From assembly GCA_045592745.1 (NCBI GenBank), contig JAZNVH010000025.1:130152-194151 (forward strand): 64,000 nt of DNA. Direction: 5' to 3'. A program made the translations under genes and the position numbers. Origin of the DNA: Candidatus Aphodoplasma sp. GTDB lineage: Bacteria > Bacillota > Clostridia > UBA1381 > UMGS1253. Under the pieces are notes generated by a model. That model did not search any database, had not been told where the DNA came from, and saw nothing but the letters and a program-made list of their open reading frames with translations. Positions 39,593 through 49,535 of the stretch are shown here, piece by piece; the first letter of the stretch is position 1; every line of letters starts with the position of its first letter.

Positions 39593-41263
39593 TTAGAACA
39601 AACCTACAATTTCGCCGGTTTCAAGAATGTCTATATTTTCAGCCGCAGGTTTTTTAGGAAGCCCCGGCATAGTCATAATATCCCCCGTCTGAACAACAAC
39701 AAAACCTGCACCTGCACTTACTCTGACTTCTGATATTGTGATTTCAAAGTTTTCAGGACGTCCCAAAAGCTTTGGATTATCAGAAAGCGAGTACTGTGTC
39801 TTTGCCATACATATTGGCAATTTATCAAAGCCTAACTGAGTAAGCTTTTTGATTTGGTTTTTGGCTTTTACGCTGTATACAGCACCACTTCCGCCGTAAA
39901 TTTCTTTTACAAGTGTGTCTATTTTATCCTCGATGCTCATATCAAGACTGTAAACAGGAGCATAGCTTGATTTCTTGCTTTCGAGCGTATCCAAAACTGC
40001 CTTTGCAAGCTCGATTCCGCCTTCGCCGCCTTTTGCAAAAACCTCGCTTCTTGCACAGATGACATCGTAATTTGCACACATTTTTTCAACAACACTTATT
40101 TCTGCTTCTGTATCTGTATCAAAAACGTTGAGCGCAACAACAACAGGCAAACCAAACTTTTTCATATTTTCAATATGTTTTTCAAGATTTGGTATTCCTT
40201 TTTCTACTGCCTTCACATTTTCTTCTTTAAGGTTGTCCTTTAAAACTCCGCCATTATACTTAAGAGCGCGAATCGTTGCTACAACAACTGTCATATCAGG
40301 CTTTAATTCTGCCATACGACACTTTATATCAAGAAATTTTTCCGCACCCAAATCTGCTCCAAAACCTGCCTCCGTAACAGTGTAGTCGCTAAGCTTTAAC
40401 GCAAGTTTGGTAGCACGAACACTATTGCAGCCATGCGCAATATTTGCAAACGGACCACCATGCATAAGACACGGCGTGTTCTCAAGTGTTTGTACAATGT
40501 TTGGCATAAGAGCATCTTTTAAAAGAAGTGTCATTGCACCTTCGGCTTTCAAATCCTTTGCGCATACGGGTTCTCCGTCATAATTGTATGCAACAACAAT
40601 TCGTCCAAGTCTGTTCTTTAAATCATCTATATCATTCGCCAGACAAACTATCGCCATAATTTCCGAAGCAACGGTAATCATAAAACCATCTTCACGAACA
40701 AAACCATTAGTTTTGCCGCCAAGACCTACTACTGTATGGCGAAGAGCCCTGTCATTCATATCAAGCACTCGTTTCCACACCACAGTACGCGAATCAATAT
40801 TGAGTTCATTACCCTGATGAATATGATTATCAAGCATCGCTGAAAGAAGATTGTTTGCCGCTGTAATAGCATGCATATCACCTGTAAAATGGAGATTTAT
40901 ATCCTCCATAGGCACAACTTGTGCATATCCACCGCCTGCTGCACCGCCTTTTACACCCATAACGGGGCCAAGTGATGGCTCGCGCAGTGCAATAATAGCA
41001 TTTTTGCCAAGCTTTGAAAGTGCCTGACCAAGCCCGACAGTAGTCGTTGTCTTTCCTTCTCCTGCAGGAGTTGGGTTAATTGCAGTAACAAGAACAAGTT
41101 TGCCATCCTTGTTATTTTCAACTCTTTTTGCAAGCTCGTCCGTAAGCTTTGCCTTATAAGGACCGAACATATACAGTTCTTTTTCTTCAACACCTGCTTT
41201 TTTCGCTACCTCAGCTATTGGCAGCATTTTGCACTGTTGTGCTATCTGGATATCTGTGAGCAT
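39593..41263 (-). CDS. fhs: Formate--tetrahydrofolate ligase
   Basis: '[19 protein letters not shown]' and '[18 protein letters not shown]' FTHFS signatures. Confidence 0.96.
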   Translation of the reverse strand: MLTDIQIAQQCKMLPIAEVAKKAGVEEKELYMFGPYKAKLTDELAKRVENNKDGKLVLVTAINPTPAGEGKTTTTVGLGQALSKLGKNAIIALREPSLGPVMGVKGGAAGGGYAQVVPMEDINLHFTGDMHAITAANNLLSAMLDNHIHQGNELNIDSRTVVWKRVLDMNDRALRHTVVGLGGKTNGFVREDGFMITVASEIMAIVCLANDIDDLKNRLGRIVVAYNYDGEPVCAKDLKAEGAMTLLLKDALMPNIVQTLENTPCLMHGGPFANIAHGCNSVRATKLALKLSDYTVTEAGFGADLGAEKFLDIKCRMAELKPDMTVVVATIRALKYNGGVLKDNLKEENVKAVEKGIPNLEKHIENMKKFGLPVVVALNVFDTDTEAEISVVEKMCANYDVICARSEVFAKGGEGGIELAKAVLDTLESKKSSYAPVYSLDMSIEDKIDTLVKEIYGGSGAVYSVKAKNQIKKLTQLGFDKLPICMAKTQYSLSDNPKLLGRPENFEITISEVRVSAGAGFVVVQTGDIMTMPGLPKKPAAENIDILETGEIVGLF

Positions 41264-41282
41264 TATATTTCCCCTCCAAAAA

Positions 41283-42263
41283 TTAATTTTTTACATATAT
41301 TTTGGTCGACAATTTTAATTTCTCGCCAGCCTTTATAACAATAAGATTTGCGCTTTCTATATCCATGTTCAGCGCGTTTGTAGCCCACGTTTGAGGCTCA
41401 ACACAAACAAAGTCTGACTCTGTATCTAAATTATACAAAATCCAATGTTTAAATTTCTCATCTGCCTCGTAAAACACCTGTGTGTTTGTATAAGTATCTG
41501 TTATCACAGCGACATTTGGTGTGCTGCCATCCGCCAAAAACAAATCATCAAGAATTTTTTTATGCGACGGTATTCCAATTGTATCCAAAGCCTTCTTTTG
41601 AAAATCATCAAGAGATAAAAGCTTTCCCGTCGGCATATCGTCATAACCAAGTTCATATTTGCTTTTCAAATTTGCTTTAATATAAAAAGCCTCTTTGGGT
41701 GACTCATTAAACGGAATATTAAACGCAGTATGATATGCAAAACCAAATGGCATATTTTTATTGCTCATATTCTCAAAAGTTATATTTTGAGAAAGTCCTT
41801 TTGAGCTGATAATGTTCTCATATACTATTTTAACATTAAAATCAAAATATTTAAAGCATTTTTTTGTTTTATTTATTATATATTCAAAAGTTATGTTAAT
41901 ATGGTCGTCTGCGGCTTCTTTTTTTACAACATCCCATGTCGTAAAACCATCCAAAAAACCATGGATATTCATATCGTATGGTACTTTTACATTTATTGGA
42001 AGCTGATACTCTTTGCCTTCAAATGTAAAAGTGCCGTATTTTGTTCTGTTTGGAAAAAACAAAACAGGCATACCAAACACGCGTCTTTCTCGAAGCTCGT
42101 TCATATTATCAGTTGTATGCAAAAGGCTGATGTTTTTAGGCGTATATTCAAGCTTGATAAGCTTTGCCCCATCTGCTATAAACGCACCTTTATATCCGCC
42201 ATATTCAAATTCTATAGTTTTTATTCCAAAATATTCACTTTCAAAAACCCTTGAATTTTGCAT
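41283..42263 (-). CDS. Aldose 1-epimerase (galactose mutarotase-like) family protein
   Basis: 'GMP.LFP.NR', 'HGF' and 'CVEPQT' mutarotase-fold motifs. The ATG at 42263 follows CAGGAG. Substrate unknown. Confidence 0.72.
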   Translation of the reverse strand: MQNSRVFESEYFGIKTIEFEYGGYKGAFIADGAKLIKLEYTPKNISLLHTTDNMNELRERRVFGMPVLFFPNRTKYGTFTFEGKEYQLPINVKVPYDMNIHGFLDGFTTWDVVKKEAADDHINITFEYIINKTKKCFKYFDFNVKIVYENIISSKGLSQNITFENMSNKNMPFGFAYHTAFNIPFNESPKEAFYIKANLKSKYELGYDDMPTGKLLSLDDFQKKALDTIGIPSHKKILDDLFLADGSTPNVAVITDTYTNTQVFYEADEKFKHWILYNLDTESDFVCVEPQTWATNALNMDIESANLIVIKAGEKLKLSTKIYVKN

Positions 42264-42287
42264 AATATACAACTCCTGTCTCCTGAA

Positions 42288-42740
42288 TTAATAATTATAC
42301 AACCATCTTGATGGAATTAAGAAAGTATACGGTGCCGTAACAATCGCAAATGTTAAAGCAAGTTTGATTCTTAATTTTTTGTCGCACCATTTAAATGACA
42401 TATAATAATTTAAAATGTATATACACGTCGCTGCAATCAAAAGCGCAGGGACAGTCATATACCACTCATCGCCCATACGACCAATCTCAAAGCCAATCGT
42501 CATAATAAGCAGATATGCAGAGCCTATTAAATCAGATATTATTCCTATCGAAAATATTTTGAGTATACTTCTTTTGTAGAATTCCTTTTTATTTTCAAAG
42601 CGCAGAATCCACATTGCAATAATAAAAACTATACTGTCTATAATAAAATTTCCGGGTATAATAATAAGCCATGTTACAGGAAAAAGTAATATCATCCACA
42701 ATGGGAACAAAACATTATATAATTTAACATCTTTTTTCAT
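42288..42740 (-). CDS. Small hypothetical membrane protein (about 4 TM)
   Basis: 150 aa from MKKDVKLYNVLFPLWMILLFP. Four hydrophobic segments and no recognisable family. The first 25 codons in the track run through the kdgK remnant and are probably not translated. Confidence 0.55.
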   Translation of the reverse strand: MKKDVKLYNVLFPLWMILLFPVTWLIIIPGNFIIDSIVFIIAMWILRFENKKEFYKRSILKIFSIGIISDLIGSAYLLIMTIGFEIGRMGDEWYMTVPALLIAATCIYILNYYMSFKWCDKKLRIKLALTFAIVTAPYTFLIPSRWLYNY

Positions 42741-42756
42741 TGCAATCCCCCTTTGT

Positions 42757-42858
42757 TTCACTTTGTGAAATCTTATCTTTATTAGGTGCGGAAAGTCTAA
42801 GCATAACCTCACCAAAGCTTATAAGGTCAAAATCTGCATATTTTTTTATAAAATCCAT
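42757..42858 (-). pseudogene. 5' remnant (about 34 codons) of a PfkB-family sugar kinase, 2-dehydro-3-deoxygluconokinase-like
   Basis: 'MDFIKKYADFDLISFGEVMLRLSAPNKDKISQSE' matches the KdgK N-terminal pattern (D.(V/I)(T/S)FGE.M(L/M)RLS.P). Similarity then stops, and the frame ends after 10 unrelated codons. Confidence 0.55.
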
Positions 42859-43016
42859 AATTTTCACTCTTTTCTGTTTGTAAAATAAATTTTTGTAATA
42901 TATAGTTAAGTATAGCACAATCAGTAAATTTAGTCAATTTTTTAATGCCTTTTTCATAGTATCTATATGCTTTGCAAAAAAACTTATATATTTTACTTAT
43001 TTTAGCAGTAAAACAC

Positions 43017-43045
43017 TTGCTATCAGTTGTTTTTTATGTTACAAT
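43017..43045 (+). promoter_or_regulatory. SigA-type promoter upstream of the malic-enzyme-led operon
   Basis: TTGCTA, 17-nt spacer, TACAAT, preceded by TGt (extended -10). Confidence 0.55.
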
Positions 43046-43129
43046 AACAGCGTATGTTTATTTCTTGTGGGGCGATTATTCGCAAGAAAAATTTAAAATC
43101 AAATTTTTTATTATCAGGAGGACAAAAAA

Positions 43130-44299
43130 ATGGATATCAAACAACAAGCATTACAAAAGCATGGCGAATGGAAAGGCAAAATCGAAGTTATCTCAAGAGC
43201 ACCTTTGAAAGATGCAACAGATCTTTCTTTGGCATACACACCGGGTGTTGCTGAGCCTTGTCTTGAGATTCAGAAAGATGTAACAAAATCTTTTGATCTT
43301 ACAAGACGTCACAACCTTGTTGCAGTAGTTACAGACGGTTCAGCAGTTCTTGGTTTGGGTGATATTGGTCCTGAAGCAGGTATGCCCGTAATGGAAGGCA
43401 AATGCGCTTTGTTTAAGACATTTGCAGACGTCGACGCCTTCCCAATTTGTATAAAATCACAGGATGTTGATGAAATCGTAAGAACAGTACAGCTTATTTC
43501 AGGAAGCTTTGGCGGTGTAAACCTCGAGGATATTGCTGCACCAAGATGCTTTGAAATCGAGTCAAGACTCAGAGAAGTATGTGATATTCCCGTATTCCAT
43601 GATGACCAGCATGGTACAGCTATCGTGTGTGCTGCTGCAATGTTAAACGCACTCAAACTGGTTAAAAAGGACATGGATAAAATAAAAATTGTAATAAGCG
43701 GTGCAGGTAGTGCTGGTACTGCTATTGCTGACCATTTGATGAGACTCGGCGCAAAGAACATTCTTATGGTTGGTAGAGCAGGTGTATTGTGCGACGGTAA
43801 AGAAACAAGACCTGCATATATAGAACTTGCAAAAAGAACTAACCCCGAGCATATTACAGGAAGTCTTGCAGATGCATTGGTTGGTGCTGACGTTTTTATC
43901 GGTGTGTCCGCACCAAATATCGTATCAAAGGAAATGGTTGCTACTATGGCAAAAGATGCTTTGGTATTTGCAATGGCAAATCCTGTTCCGGAAATTTTCC
44001 CGGACGAAGCTATCGCAGGTGGTGCAAAAGTTGTAGGAACAGGTCGTTCGGACTATCCTAACCAAATTAACAACGTTCTTGCTTTCCCCGGAATTTTCAG
44101 AGGTGCACTTGATGTAAGAGCAAGCGATATTAACGATGAGATGAAGATGGCAGCTTCTCACGCAATCGCAGACCTTATAGCCGAGGAAGATTTAAAGCCT
44201 GATTACATTATCCCCGGTGCTTTCGACGAAAGAGTAAGCAGCGCTGTTGCAAAGGCAGTTGCAGAAGCAGCAAGAAAAACCGGCGTTGCAAGATTATAA
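43130..44299 (+). CDS. NAD(P)-dependent malic enzyme (short form, oxaloacetate-decarboxylating)
   Basis: 'LAYTPGVA', 'VVTDGSAVLGLGDIG', 'FGGINLEDI'-like 'FGGVNLEDI', 'FHDDQHGTA', 'GAGSAG' and 'NNVLAFPG' motifs. Confidence 0.93.
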   Translation: MDIKQQALQKHGEWKGKIEVISRAPLKDATDLSLAYTPGVAEPCLEIQKDVTKSFDLTRRHNLVAVVTDGSAVLGLGDIGPEAGMPVMEGKCALFKTFADVDAFPICIKSQDVDEIVRTVQLISGSFGGVNLEDIAAPRCFEIESRLREVCDIPVFHDDQHGTAIVCAAAMLNALKLVKKDMDKIKIVISGAGSAGTAIADHLMRLGAKNILMVGRAGVLCDGKETRPAYIELAKRTNPEHITGSLADALVGADVFIGVSAPNIVSKEMVATMAKDALVFAMANPVPEIFPDEAIAGGAKVVGTGRSDYPNQINNVLAFPGIFRGALDVRASDINDEMKMAASHAIADLIAEEDLKPDYIIPGAFDERVSSAVAKAVAEAARKTGVARL

Positions 44300-44334
44300 T
44301 CAAAACTATAATTAATACAAGGAGTTTTTTCGAA

Positions 44335-45093
44335 ATGACAACAAAAAAAGTAGTAAATTTACCAGTAAAAATTTTTGATACTCGCGAAGAAATGGGTGTT
44401 GATTCAGCAAAGCGTGTTGCTGAGGTTATAAATGCTGCAATAGCTGAAAAAGGCGTTGCAAATGTTGTTTTTGCAGCAGCTCCCTCACAGGATGATATGC
44501 TAAAGAGTCTTTTGGAGCAGGATATCGACTGGTCAAAAGTTCGCGCTTTCCATCAGGACGAGTACATAGGAATAGCAGACGATGAACCTGCAGGTTTTGG
44601 TAACTTTTTAGATCGTGCAATATTTAAAAAAGTAAACTTTAAAGAAATACACTATCTTCGTTGCAAGGCTGACGAAGCTGAAGCAAAATGTGAAGAGTAC
44701 ACAAAGCTGCTCACAGACTATCCTATCGATATGATTTTACTTGGCATCGGCGAAAATGGTCACCTTGCATTCAATGACCCTGCAGTTGCTGATTTTGAAG
44801 ACCCTAAAAAGATTAAAATTGTTGAGCTTGATGATGTATGCCGTCAGCAGCAGGTTAACGATGGTTGCTTCGCTACACTCGATGATGTTCCAAAGCAGGC
44901 AATGAGTCTTACTATGTCGTTTATTATGTCTGTTCCCCATGCAGTATGTGTTGTTCCCACAATTCGTAAGGCAAACGCTGTATACAATGCTCTTAATGGT
45001 CCTGTAACTACAGCTTGTCCTGCAAGCATACTTAGAAATCATAATGATGCAATTCTCTATCTTGACAAAGAAAGCGCATCAAAAATTCTGTAA
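44335..45093 (+). CDS. Glucosamine-6-phosphate deaminase / 6-phosphogluconolactonase (NagB/Pgl) family protein
   Basis: 'FHQDEYIG' and 'LLGIGENGHLAFNDP' family motifs. 252 aa. True substrate not inferable. Confidence 0.82.
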   Translation: MTTKKVVNLPVKIFDTREEMGVDSAKRVAEVINAAIAEKGVANVVFAAAPSQDDMLKSLLEQDIDWSKVRAFHQDEYIGIADDEPAGFGNFLDRAIFKKVNFKEIHYLRCKADEAEAKCEEYTKLLTDYPIDMILLGIGENGHLAFNDPAVADFEDPKKIKIVELDDVCRQQQVNDGCFATLDDVPKQAMSLTMSFIMSVPHAVCVVPTIRKANAVYNALNGPVTTACPASILRNHNDAILYLDKESASKIL

Positions 45094-45110
45094 TCTACGA
45101 GGTATAGAAT

Positions 45111-45842
45111 ATGGAAATGTTCAAAATGACTGCTGATGAAATTTGCTCTCTTGACCCCGAGCTTGCAATAATATCTGTTGGTTCTATTGAGCAACATGGT
45201 CCGCATCTGCCGATAATGACCGATTGGGCTATTGCGACAGAACTCGGCAAGCGTGTTGCTGAAAAGATGGGCGCGTTTTCACTTCCTGCATTTCCTGTTT
45301 CGACTTGCCGTGAGCATATGGGAAAAAAAGGCTCAGTATGGATGGAACCAACAACCTTTTATCAAATGATGTACGATGTTATAATGAGCCTTAAAACTCA
45401 GGGGTTTAAGCGTGTAGGAATTATAACAACTCATGGTGGAGTTTTTATCACAACGCCGCTTGTGAGAGATTTAAACGCAAAATTCCAACCCGATTTGCAG
45501 GTTGCTCTTGTAGAATCGTATTCTTTCAAAGCAGAAGATATAATAGAAACACAAGGCCTTCATGCTGACGAAGCAGAAACCTCACAAATGCTCGCAATTG
45601 CACCTGAAACTGTGCATATGGACAAAGCGGCAGATTTTGTTCCCGATGTTTCCAGGGCATATCTTGGTTATGGTAGCATTTTTCGTGCAAGTCCGACAGG
45701 CGTTTGGGGGTATCCTACAAAGGCTACAGCCGAAAAAGGAGAACGTTTTTTTGAAGTATGTGCAGATATGGCAGTAGATGAATTTAACAAAGCATTTGAT
45801 TATATGAGCAATAAAGAAAAGTTTGGTTATAGTAATTTTTAA
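45111..45842 (+). CDS. Creatininase-family amidohydrolase
   Basis: 'GSIEQHGPHLP..TD', 'THGG' and 'HADE.ETS' metal-ligand pattern of the creatinine amidohydrolase family. Confidence 0.85.
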   Translation: MEMFKMTADEICSLDPELAIISVGSIEQHGPHLPIMTDWAIATELGKRVAEKMGAFSLPAFPVSTCREHMGKKGSVWMEPTTFYQMMYDVIMSLKTQGFKRVGIITTHGGVFITTPLVRDLNAKFQPDLQVALVESYSFKAEDIIETQGLHADEAETSQMLAIAPETVHMDKAADFVPDVSRAYLGYGSIFRASPTGVWGYPTKATAEKGERFFEVCADMAVDEFNKAFDYMSNKEKFGYSNF

Positions 45843-45863
45843 CTAAAGCAAGGAGAAAATATT

Positions 45864-46934
45864 ATGAAAAAATTAAGAGTACTTTTAATTGGTGCTGCGT
45901 TTTCGGCAGATTTACATTCTGACGGATACAGCAGAATTCTGGACAAGGTTGACATTGTAGGTATTTGTGACAAAAACCTTGATGCAATAAAGACTTTGGC
46001 TGACAGATATGGTTTTACAGGTTATGAAGTATACGACAATTATGATGATGCTATCAAAAACTGCGATTGTGACGTAGTTGATATCTGTATGCCAAACTTT
46101 CTTCACCACGATGTAGCTATAAAGGCAATGAATGCAGGCCATGACATTATATGCGAAAAGCCCCTTGCTACAACGGTTGAAGATGCATACGACATGGTAA
46201 AAACTGCAAAAGACCTTGGAAAGCATATTTATTATGCAGAAGACTGGCTCTTTGCACCGGCTTTCAGAAAAGCAGTATCTATTATCGAAAGCGGTCAGCT
46301 TGGAAAAATGCTCTATGTAAGAGCAAGAGAATGTCACAGCGGTTCTCACAGTCCGTTTGCACAGACTATCAAATACTGCGGTGGCGGATGCATGGTACAT
46401 CTTGGTGTTCATCCTGTTGCATTTATGCTTGCTATGAAGGATAACAAATGGTCTGAGCTTGCTGCAATGACATCAGGTGGCGGTGAAAATAATATCGTTC
46501 ATCAAAAAATGGAAGGTGAAGACTGGGCAGGTGCGTTTATGCGCTTTGATGACGGCACTTACGCTACACTTGAAGCTAACTATGTTACAGTTGGTGGTAT
46601 GGAGGATATTCTCGACGTTTACTGCGAAAAAGGTACAATCCATGTAGACCTCTCCTTCCAGGGCCCTGTAAAAGTATTTTCAATCCCGGGTCTTGACTAT
46701 ACAATTGAAAAGGCTGAGGTTACTACAGGCTGGGCTAACGTTGCTGTAGATGAAAAGTATCAACTCGGATACTGCGGAGAAATAAACCACTTCGTAGATT
46801 GTGCTCTCGAAGGCAAAGATGCACAGGTTGGTCTTCGAGGCATAGATGGTTATGAAACACTTAAGGTTATAAACCTTATTTATAAAGCATCAAAAGAAGG
46901 AAAGAATATCAAAAATACCGGTGAGGAAGTGTAA
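45864..46934 (+). CDS. Gfo/Idh/MocA family oxidoreductase
   Basis: N-terminal Rossmann ('LRVLLIGAAF') and the 'EKPLA' motif. 356 aa. Confidence 0.88.
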   Translation: MKKLRVLLIGAAFSADLHSDGYSRILDKVDIVGICDKNLDAIKTLADRYGFTGYEVYDNYDDAIKNCDCDVVDICMPNFLHHDVAIKAMNAGHDIICEKPLATTVEDAYDMVKTAKDLGKHIYYAEDWLFAPAFRKAVSIIESGQLGKMLYVRARECHSGSHSPFAQTIKYCGGGCMVHLGVHPVAFMLAMKDNKWSELAAMTSGGGENNIVHQKMEGEDWAGAFMRFDDGTYATLEANYVTVGGMEDILDVYCEKGTIHVDLSFQGPVKVFSIPGLDYTIEKAEVTTGWANVAVDEKYQLGYCGEINHFVDCALEGKDAQVGLRGIDGYETLKVINLIYKASKEGKNIKNTGEEV

Positions 46935-46938
46935 ATTT

Positions 46939-49515
46939 ATGAACAAAAAACCTGTAGATATACAAATCCCTGTAACCATTGGTGGTGTGACCTTTAAAAA
47001 CCCGTTTTTCGTGGCTTCGGGTCCTACCACAAAATCTGTTAAACAATTAATAAGAATCGAGGAAACGGGCTGGGCTGCTGCATCTATAAAGCTTAGTATA
47101 GACCCTGCTCCCTACATAAACAGAAAGCCGCGTTATTCACTTTTCAAAGACAGAGATGCATTGGCTTTTACGGCTGAGAAGCGTCTTACATTTGAAGAAG
47201 GCTTAAAGCTCATACGCGACGCAAAACCAAAGCTTCACGACCTTAAACTTATGGCTAACATTACCTATGCCGGCGACAATGGCGTTGAAGGCTGGGTAAA
47301 CATGGCTAAGAAGTTTGAAGAAGCCGGTGCAGATATCATCGAGCTTAATATGTGCTGTCCCAATATGAGCTACAATATGGAAATGACAAGTGGCGGTAAA
47401 GAAACCGGCAAAAAACAGACCGGAGCAAGTATGGGTCAGCAAACAGAGGTTGCCGCTGAAATTGCAAGAGCCGTAAAACAGGCGATTTCTATCCCCCTCT
47501 TTGTAAAGCTTACTCCCGAGGGCGGCCAGATTGCAAAGGTAGCAAAGGCTCTTTATGAAGCCGGTGCAGATGCTGTAGGTGGTACAGGTAACAGACTTGG
47601 TATGCCCCCTATCGACATTGATGATCCGGGCAGTGCTTTTTATCACTTGCAAAAAGAGATTTCTATGGGTTGCCACTGTGGTAAATGGCTTAAACCATTG
47701 GCTCAGCGCGATACATATGAAATTAGAAAAGTATGTGGTATGGATGCTCCCATTATGGCTGCAGGCGGTATAACAAACTGGCGTGACGCTGTAGAGATGA
47801 TTCTTTGCGGCGGTAACCTTCTTGGTGTTTGCGCAGAAACTCTTATCTCCGGATACGATATATGCAGACCTATGATCGAGGGCCTTGATAAATATATGCA
47901 CGAGCACGGGTATACAGATCTTTCACAAATGCAGGGTCTTGTTGTTCCGCAGGTGCGCACTGCAAATGATGTAACTATCTTTGCAGGATATGCAAAAATT
48001 AAAGAGCCTAATCTTAGCGCTCCGTGTAAAAGTGCATGTCCCCACCACGTTCCAACTCAGGCATATATTCAAAAGATTGCAAAGGGCGAATATAAAGAGG
48101 CATATGACCTTATAACAGGCAAAAATCCTCTTCAAAACATTTGCTCATTTGTATGTAATCATCCGTGTGAAGATGCCTGTATAAGAGGAGGATATGACTC
48201 CCCTGTTAAAATTCGTCAGTTAAAGAGATTTGTTCTCGAATATGGTAAGGCTCAAGGCTGGACTCCTGCGTGGGCAAAAGCAGACTTTAATGGACACAAG
48301 GTAGCTGTTATAGGCGCAGGCCCTGCGGGACTTTCATGTGCGTCTGAGCTTAGAAAAGCCGGATATGATGTTACGGTATTTGAGAAAGAAGAATTAGCAG
48401 GCGGATTAATCAGATTTGGTATTCCGGATTATGTTATGAAAAAGGATATCCTGGATGAAGAGATAAAATTCCTTGCTGATAATGGTGTAAAATTCGAGTT
48501 TGGAAAAGAGCTTGGAAAAGATATTACGATAGACAGTATCAAATCTCTTGGATACGAAGCAATTTTTGCAGCTATCGGTATGGGCAAAAAGGTAGCAAGC
48601 AATATCGAAGGAGCTGACAAAGCTTTAGATGCTTTGGATTTTCTTAAAGATGTTTCTCTTGGCAAAAACACATCATTAGATCGTGATGTTGTTGTTATCG
48701 GCAAAGGCTTTGCCGCAATGGACAGTGCAAGAAGTGCTGCTCGTCTTGGTGCAAGTCACGTAACTTTGATTTGGACAGGCAACTATCCAAGCAGAACATA
48801 CGATGCCGATGCTCTTGCGCTTGCTAAAGAAGAAGGCATTGTGCTTATTGACAATGCATCTGTAAAATCCATATCAGATGACGCTGTAATCGCTGATTGC
48901 GGCGGAACTAATATGACTATCCCCTGCAATAAGGTTATTGTGGCAAACGAATACGAAGCAGATGCAAGCGTACTTGCAGGAGCGGAAACAAAGAATGGCT
49001 TTATAAAGATTTCAAATGCAAGAACAAACATAGACGGTCTGTACTGTGGCGGAAACGCAGTTCGCTCTGCAAATGTAATTACAGCTATTGCTGCAGGCAA
49101 AAACGCTGCGGCAGTTATCGATAGTGATATAAGAGGCGAAGAAGCTACATTAGTAGCAATTCCTTCTACAAAAACAGTTAACCCCGAAATCGTACGCGAA
49201 AGAACAGGTTATCTTAAAAAAGATAATAATGCTCTTAAGCTTAACGATGCAGCAGATATTCGCAAAGAAAACTTTGAGATGTACGAGAGAGTAATGACTG
49301 AGCAGGAAGCACAAAAAGAAGCTTCAAGATGTCTAAATTGCGGTTGTGGTGAAGGATGTCAACTTTGTAAAACAATTTGTACAGACTTTGCTCCCGAGAT
49401 TATCGATACAGATACTATGCACATAAGAAAAGAAGATTGTGTTGCTTGTGGTATGTGCTTTAACCGTTGTCCTAATGGAAACATCGAAATGGTTGATCTT
49501 GGATACACAGTATAG
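46939..49515 (+). CDS. Multidomain Fe-S flavoprotein: DHOD/PreA-like FMN barrel, then GltD/PreT-like Fe-S FAD/NAD(P) module, then a C-terminal ferredoxin-like Cys cluster domain
   Basis: N-terminus has 'NPFFVASGP' and 'ELNMCCPN' (DHODH/DPD barrel). The middle has 'CKSACPHHVP...CSFVCNHPCEDAC', 'KVAVIGAGPAGLSCA' and 'VVVIGKGFAAMD' (glutamate synthase small-subunit-like). The C-terminus has 'CLNCGCGEGCQLCKTIC' and 'CVACGMCFNRCP'. The ATG at 46939 follows GGTGAGGAAG. Confidence 0.85.
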   Translation: MNKKPVDIQIPVTIGGVTFKNPFFVASGPTTKSVKQLIRIEETGWAAASIKLSIDPAPYINRKPRYSLFKDRDALAFTAEKRLTFEEGLKLIRDAKPKLHDLKLMANITYAGDNGVEGWVNMAKKFEEAGADIIELNMCCPNMSYNMEMTSGGKETGKKQTGASMGQQTEVAAEIARAVKQAISIPLFVKLTPEGGQIAKVAKALYEAGADAVGGTGNRLGMPPIDIDDPGSAFYHLQKEISMGCHCGKWLKPLAQRDTYEIRKVCGMDAPIMAAGGITNWRDAVEMILCGGNLLGVCAETLISGYDICRPMIEGLDKYMHEHGYTDLSQMQGLVVPQVRTANDVTIFAGYAKIKEPNLSAPCKSACPHHVPTQAYIQKIAKGEYKEAYDLITGKNPLQNICSFVCNHPCEDACIRGGYDSPVKIRQLKRFVLEYGKAQGWTPAWAKADFNGHKVAVIGAGPAGLSCASELRKAGYDVTVFEKEELAGGLIRFGIPDYVMKKDILDEEIKFLADNGVKFEFGKELGKDITIDSIKSLGYEAIFAAIGMGKKVASNIEGADKALDALDFLKDVSLGKNTSLDRDVVVIGKGFAAMDSARSAARLGASHVTLIWTGNYPSRTYDADALALAKEEGIVLIDNASVKSISDDAVIADCGGTNMTIPCNKVIVANEYEADASVLAGAETKNGFIKISNARTNIDGLYCGGNAVRSANVITAIAAGKNAAAVIDSDIRGEEATLVAIPSTKTVNPEIVRERTGYLKKDNNALKLNDAADIRKENFEMYERVMTEQEAQKEASRCLNCGCGEGCQLCKTICTDFAPEIIDTDTMHIRKEDCVACGMCFNRCPNGNIEMVDLGYTV

Positions 49516-49535
49516 TATATAAGGAGGAAATAAAA

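Noticed and set aside
42972-43254. Two small plus-strand ORFs (78 and 66 aa) upstream of and overlapping the malic enzyme start.
   Set aside because: They begin within the promoter or leader, one with a TTG start and no RBS. They overlap the well-supported malic enzyme start in other frames and have low-complexity, K-rich sequences.
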